Origin: Clostridiales bacterium
GTDB taxonomy: Bacteria > Bacillota > Clostridia > Acetivibrionales > JBDMZA01
Length of the DNA stretch: 32,826 nt
Assembly: GCA_039770155.1 (NCBI GenBank)
Contig: JBDMZA010000014.1
Coordinates: 1 to 32,826, forward strand
Direction of reading: 5' to 3'
Numbering within the stretch: position 1 is the stretch's first letter; every line of letters begins with the position of its first letter. Below are positions 32,728-32,826 of this stretch, one piece after another. The notes under the pieces were generated by a model. It worked only from the letters and a program-made list of their open reading frames with translations. It made no database searches and was not told where the DNA came from. A program made the translations under genes and the position numbers.

Positions 32728-32826
32728 TAAGGGATATCCAAAAAATAAACTCTAATTCTCGAGTATGAATTCACATGGTTTAAGTGAACTTCAGACGAAA
32801 AGAATTCGGTATTATTTTTTAGGTTC
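32728..32826 (+). repeat. Family B (B1) element, full length, truncated by the window edge
   Basis: It is near-identical to 11199-11299 and 23719-23822. Confidence 0.92.

Noticed and set aside
5169-32826. The recurring ~47-105-bp sequences might be a CRISPR array or arrays.
   Set aside because: The copies are scattered across many gene-separated loci with irregular spacing, occur in both orientations, vary in length and are long palindromes. There are no regularly spaced identical repeats with unique spacers and no cas genes.
1-32826. tRNA, rRNA or other canonical structured RNA genes.
   Set aside because: No cloverleaf-compatible segments with a GTTCRANNC T-loop, no rRNA-like GC-rich stretches and no obvious riboswitch cores were seen in any intergenic region. 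A covariance-model scan would be needed to be certain.

Overview
This is a very AT-rich (roughly 25-30% GC by eye) bacterial chromosomal window with standard-code ORFs and strong AGGAG-type ribosome-binding sites. All alignments and coordinates were worked out by hand from the sequence, and no database search was possible.

Gene content, left to right:
- An ArsR / permease / small thioredoxin-like operon on the minus strand.
- A stand-alone Ddl-like ATP-grasp gene followed by a small ORF.
- hisS.
- A rhamnose block: rhaB, rhaA and a stand-alone class II aldolase-like gene.
- A decayed accessory chaperone module: a GrpE-like gene, a 33-codon Hsp70 stub and a frameshifted TPR/SEC-C gene.
- A secreted 5'-nucleotidase.
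- A long minus-strand block: sorE-like Zn-dehydrogenase, PHP phosphoesterase, lipB, lipA, E2, E3, fused E1 alpha-beta and a DeoR regulator. An SrlD-like SDR sits upstream of this block.
- rhaM and an OYE-type flavoenzyme.
- A patchwork of accessory genes: PG-binding/DUF4474-like, kinase-fold, GNAT, HAD and a secreted trypsin-like protease.

The most striking feature is not a gene. Almost every intergenic gap from about 5.1 kb onward holds copies of two related families of ~100-bp imperfect-palindrome (MITE/REP-like) elements.
- I count about 30 full, internally deleted, truncated, nested and chimeric copies. They total roughly 2 kb, which is close to half of the non-coding DNA.
- They share a terminal motif and insert into one another.
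- They sit between cistrons of the lipoate/2-oxoacid dehydrogenase operon.
- They supply stop codons, C-terminal residues and possibly one ribosome-binding site to neighbouring genes.
- They show structure-preserving substitutions between copies.
- No transposase is present in the window, and I do not recognise either consensus as a named repeat family.
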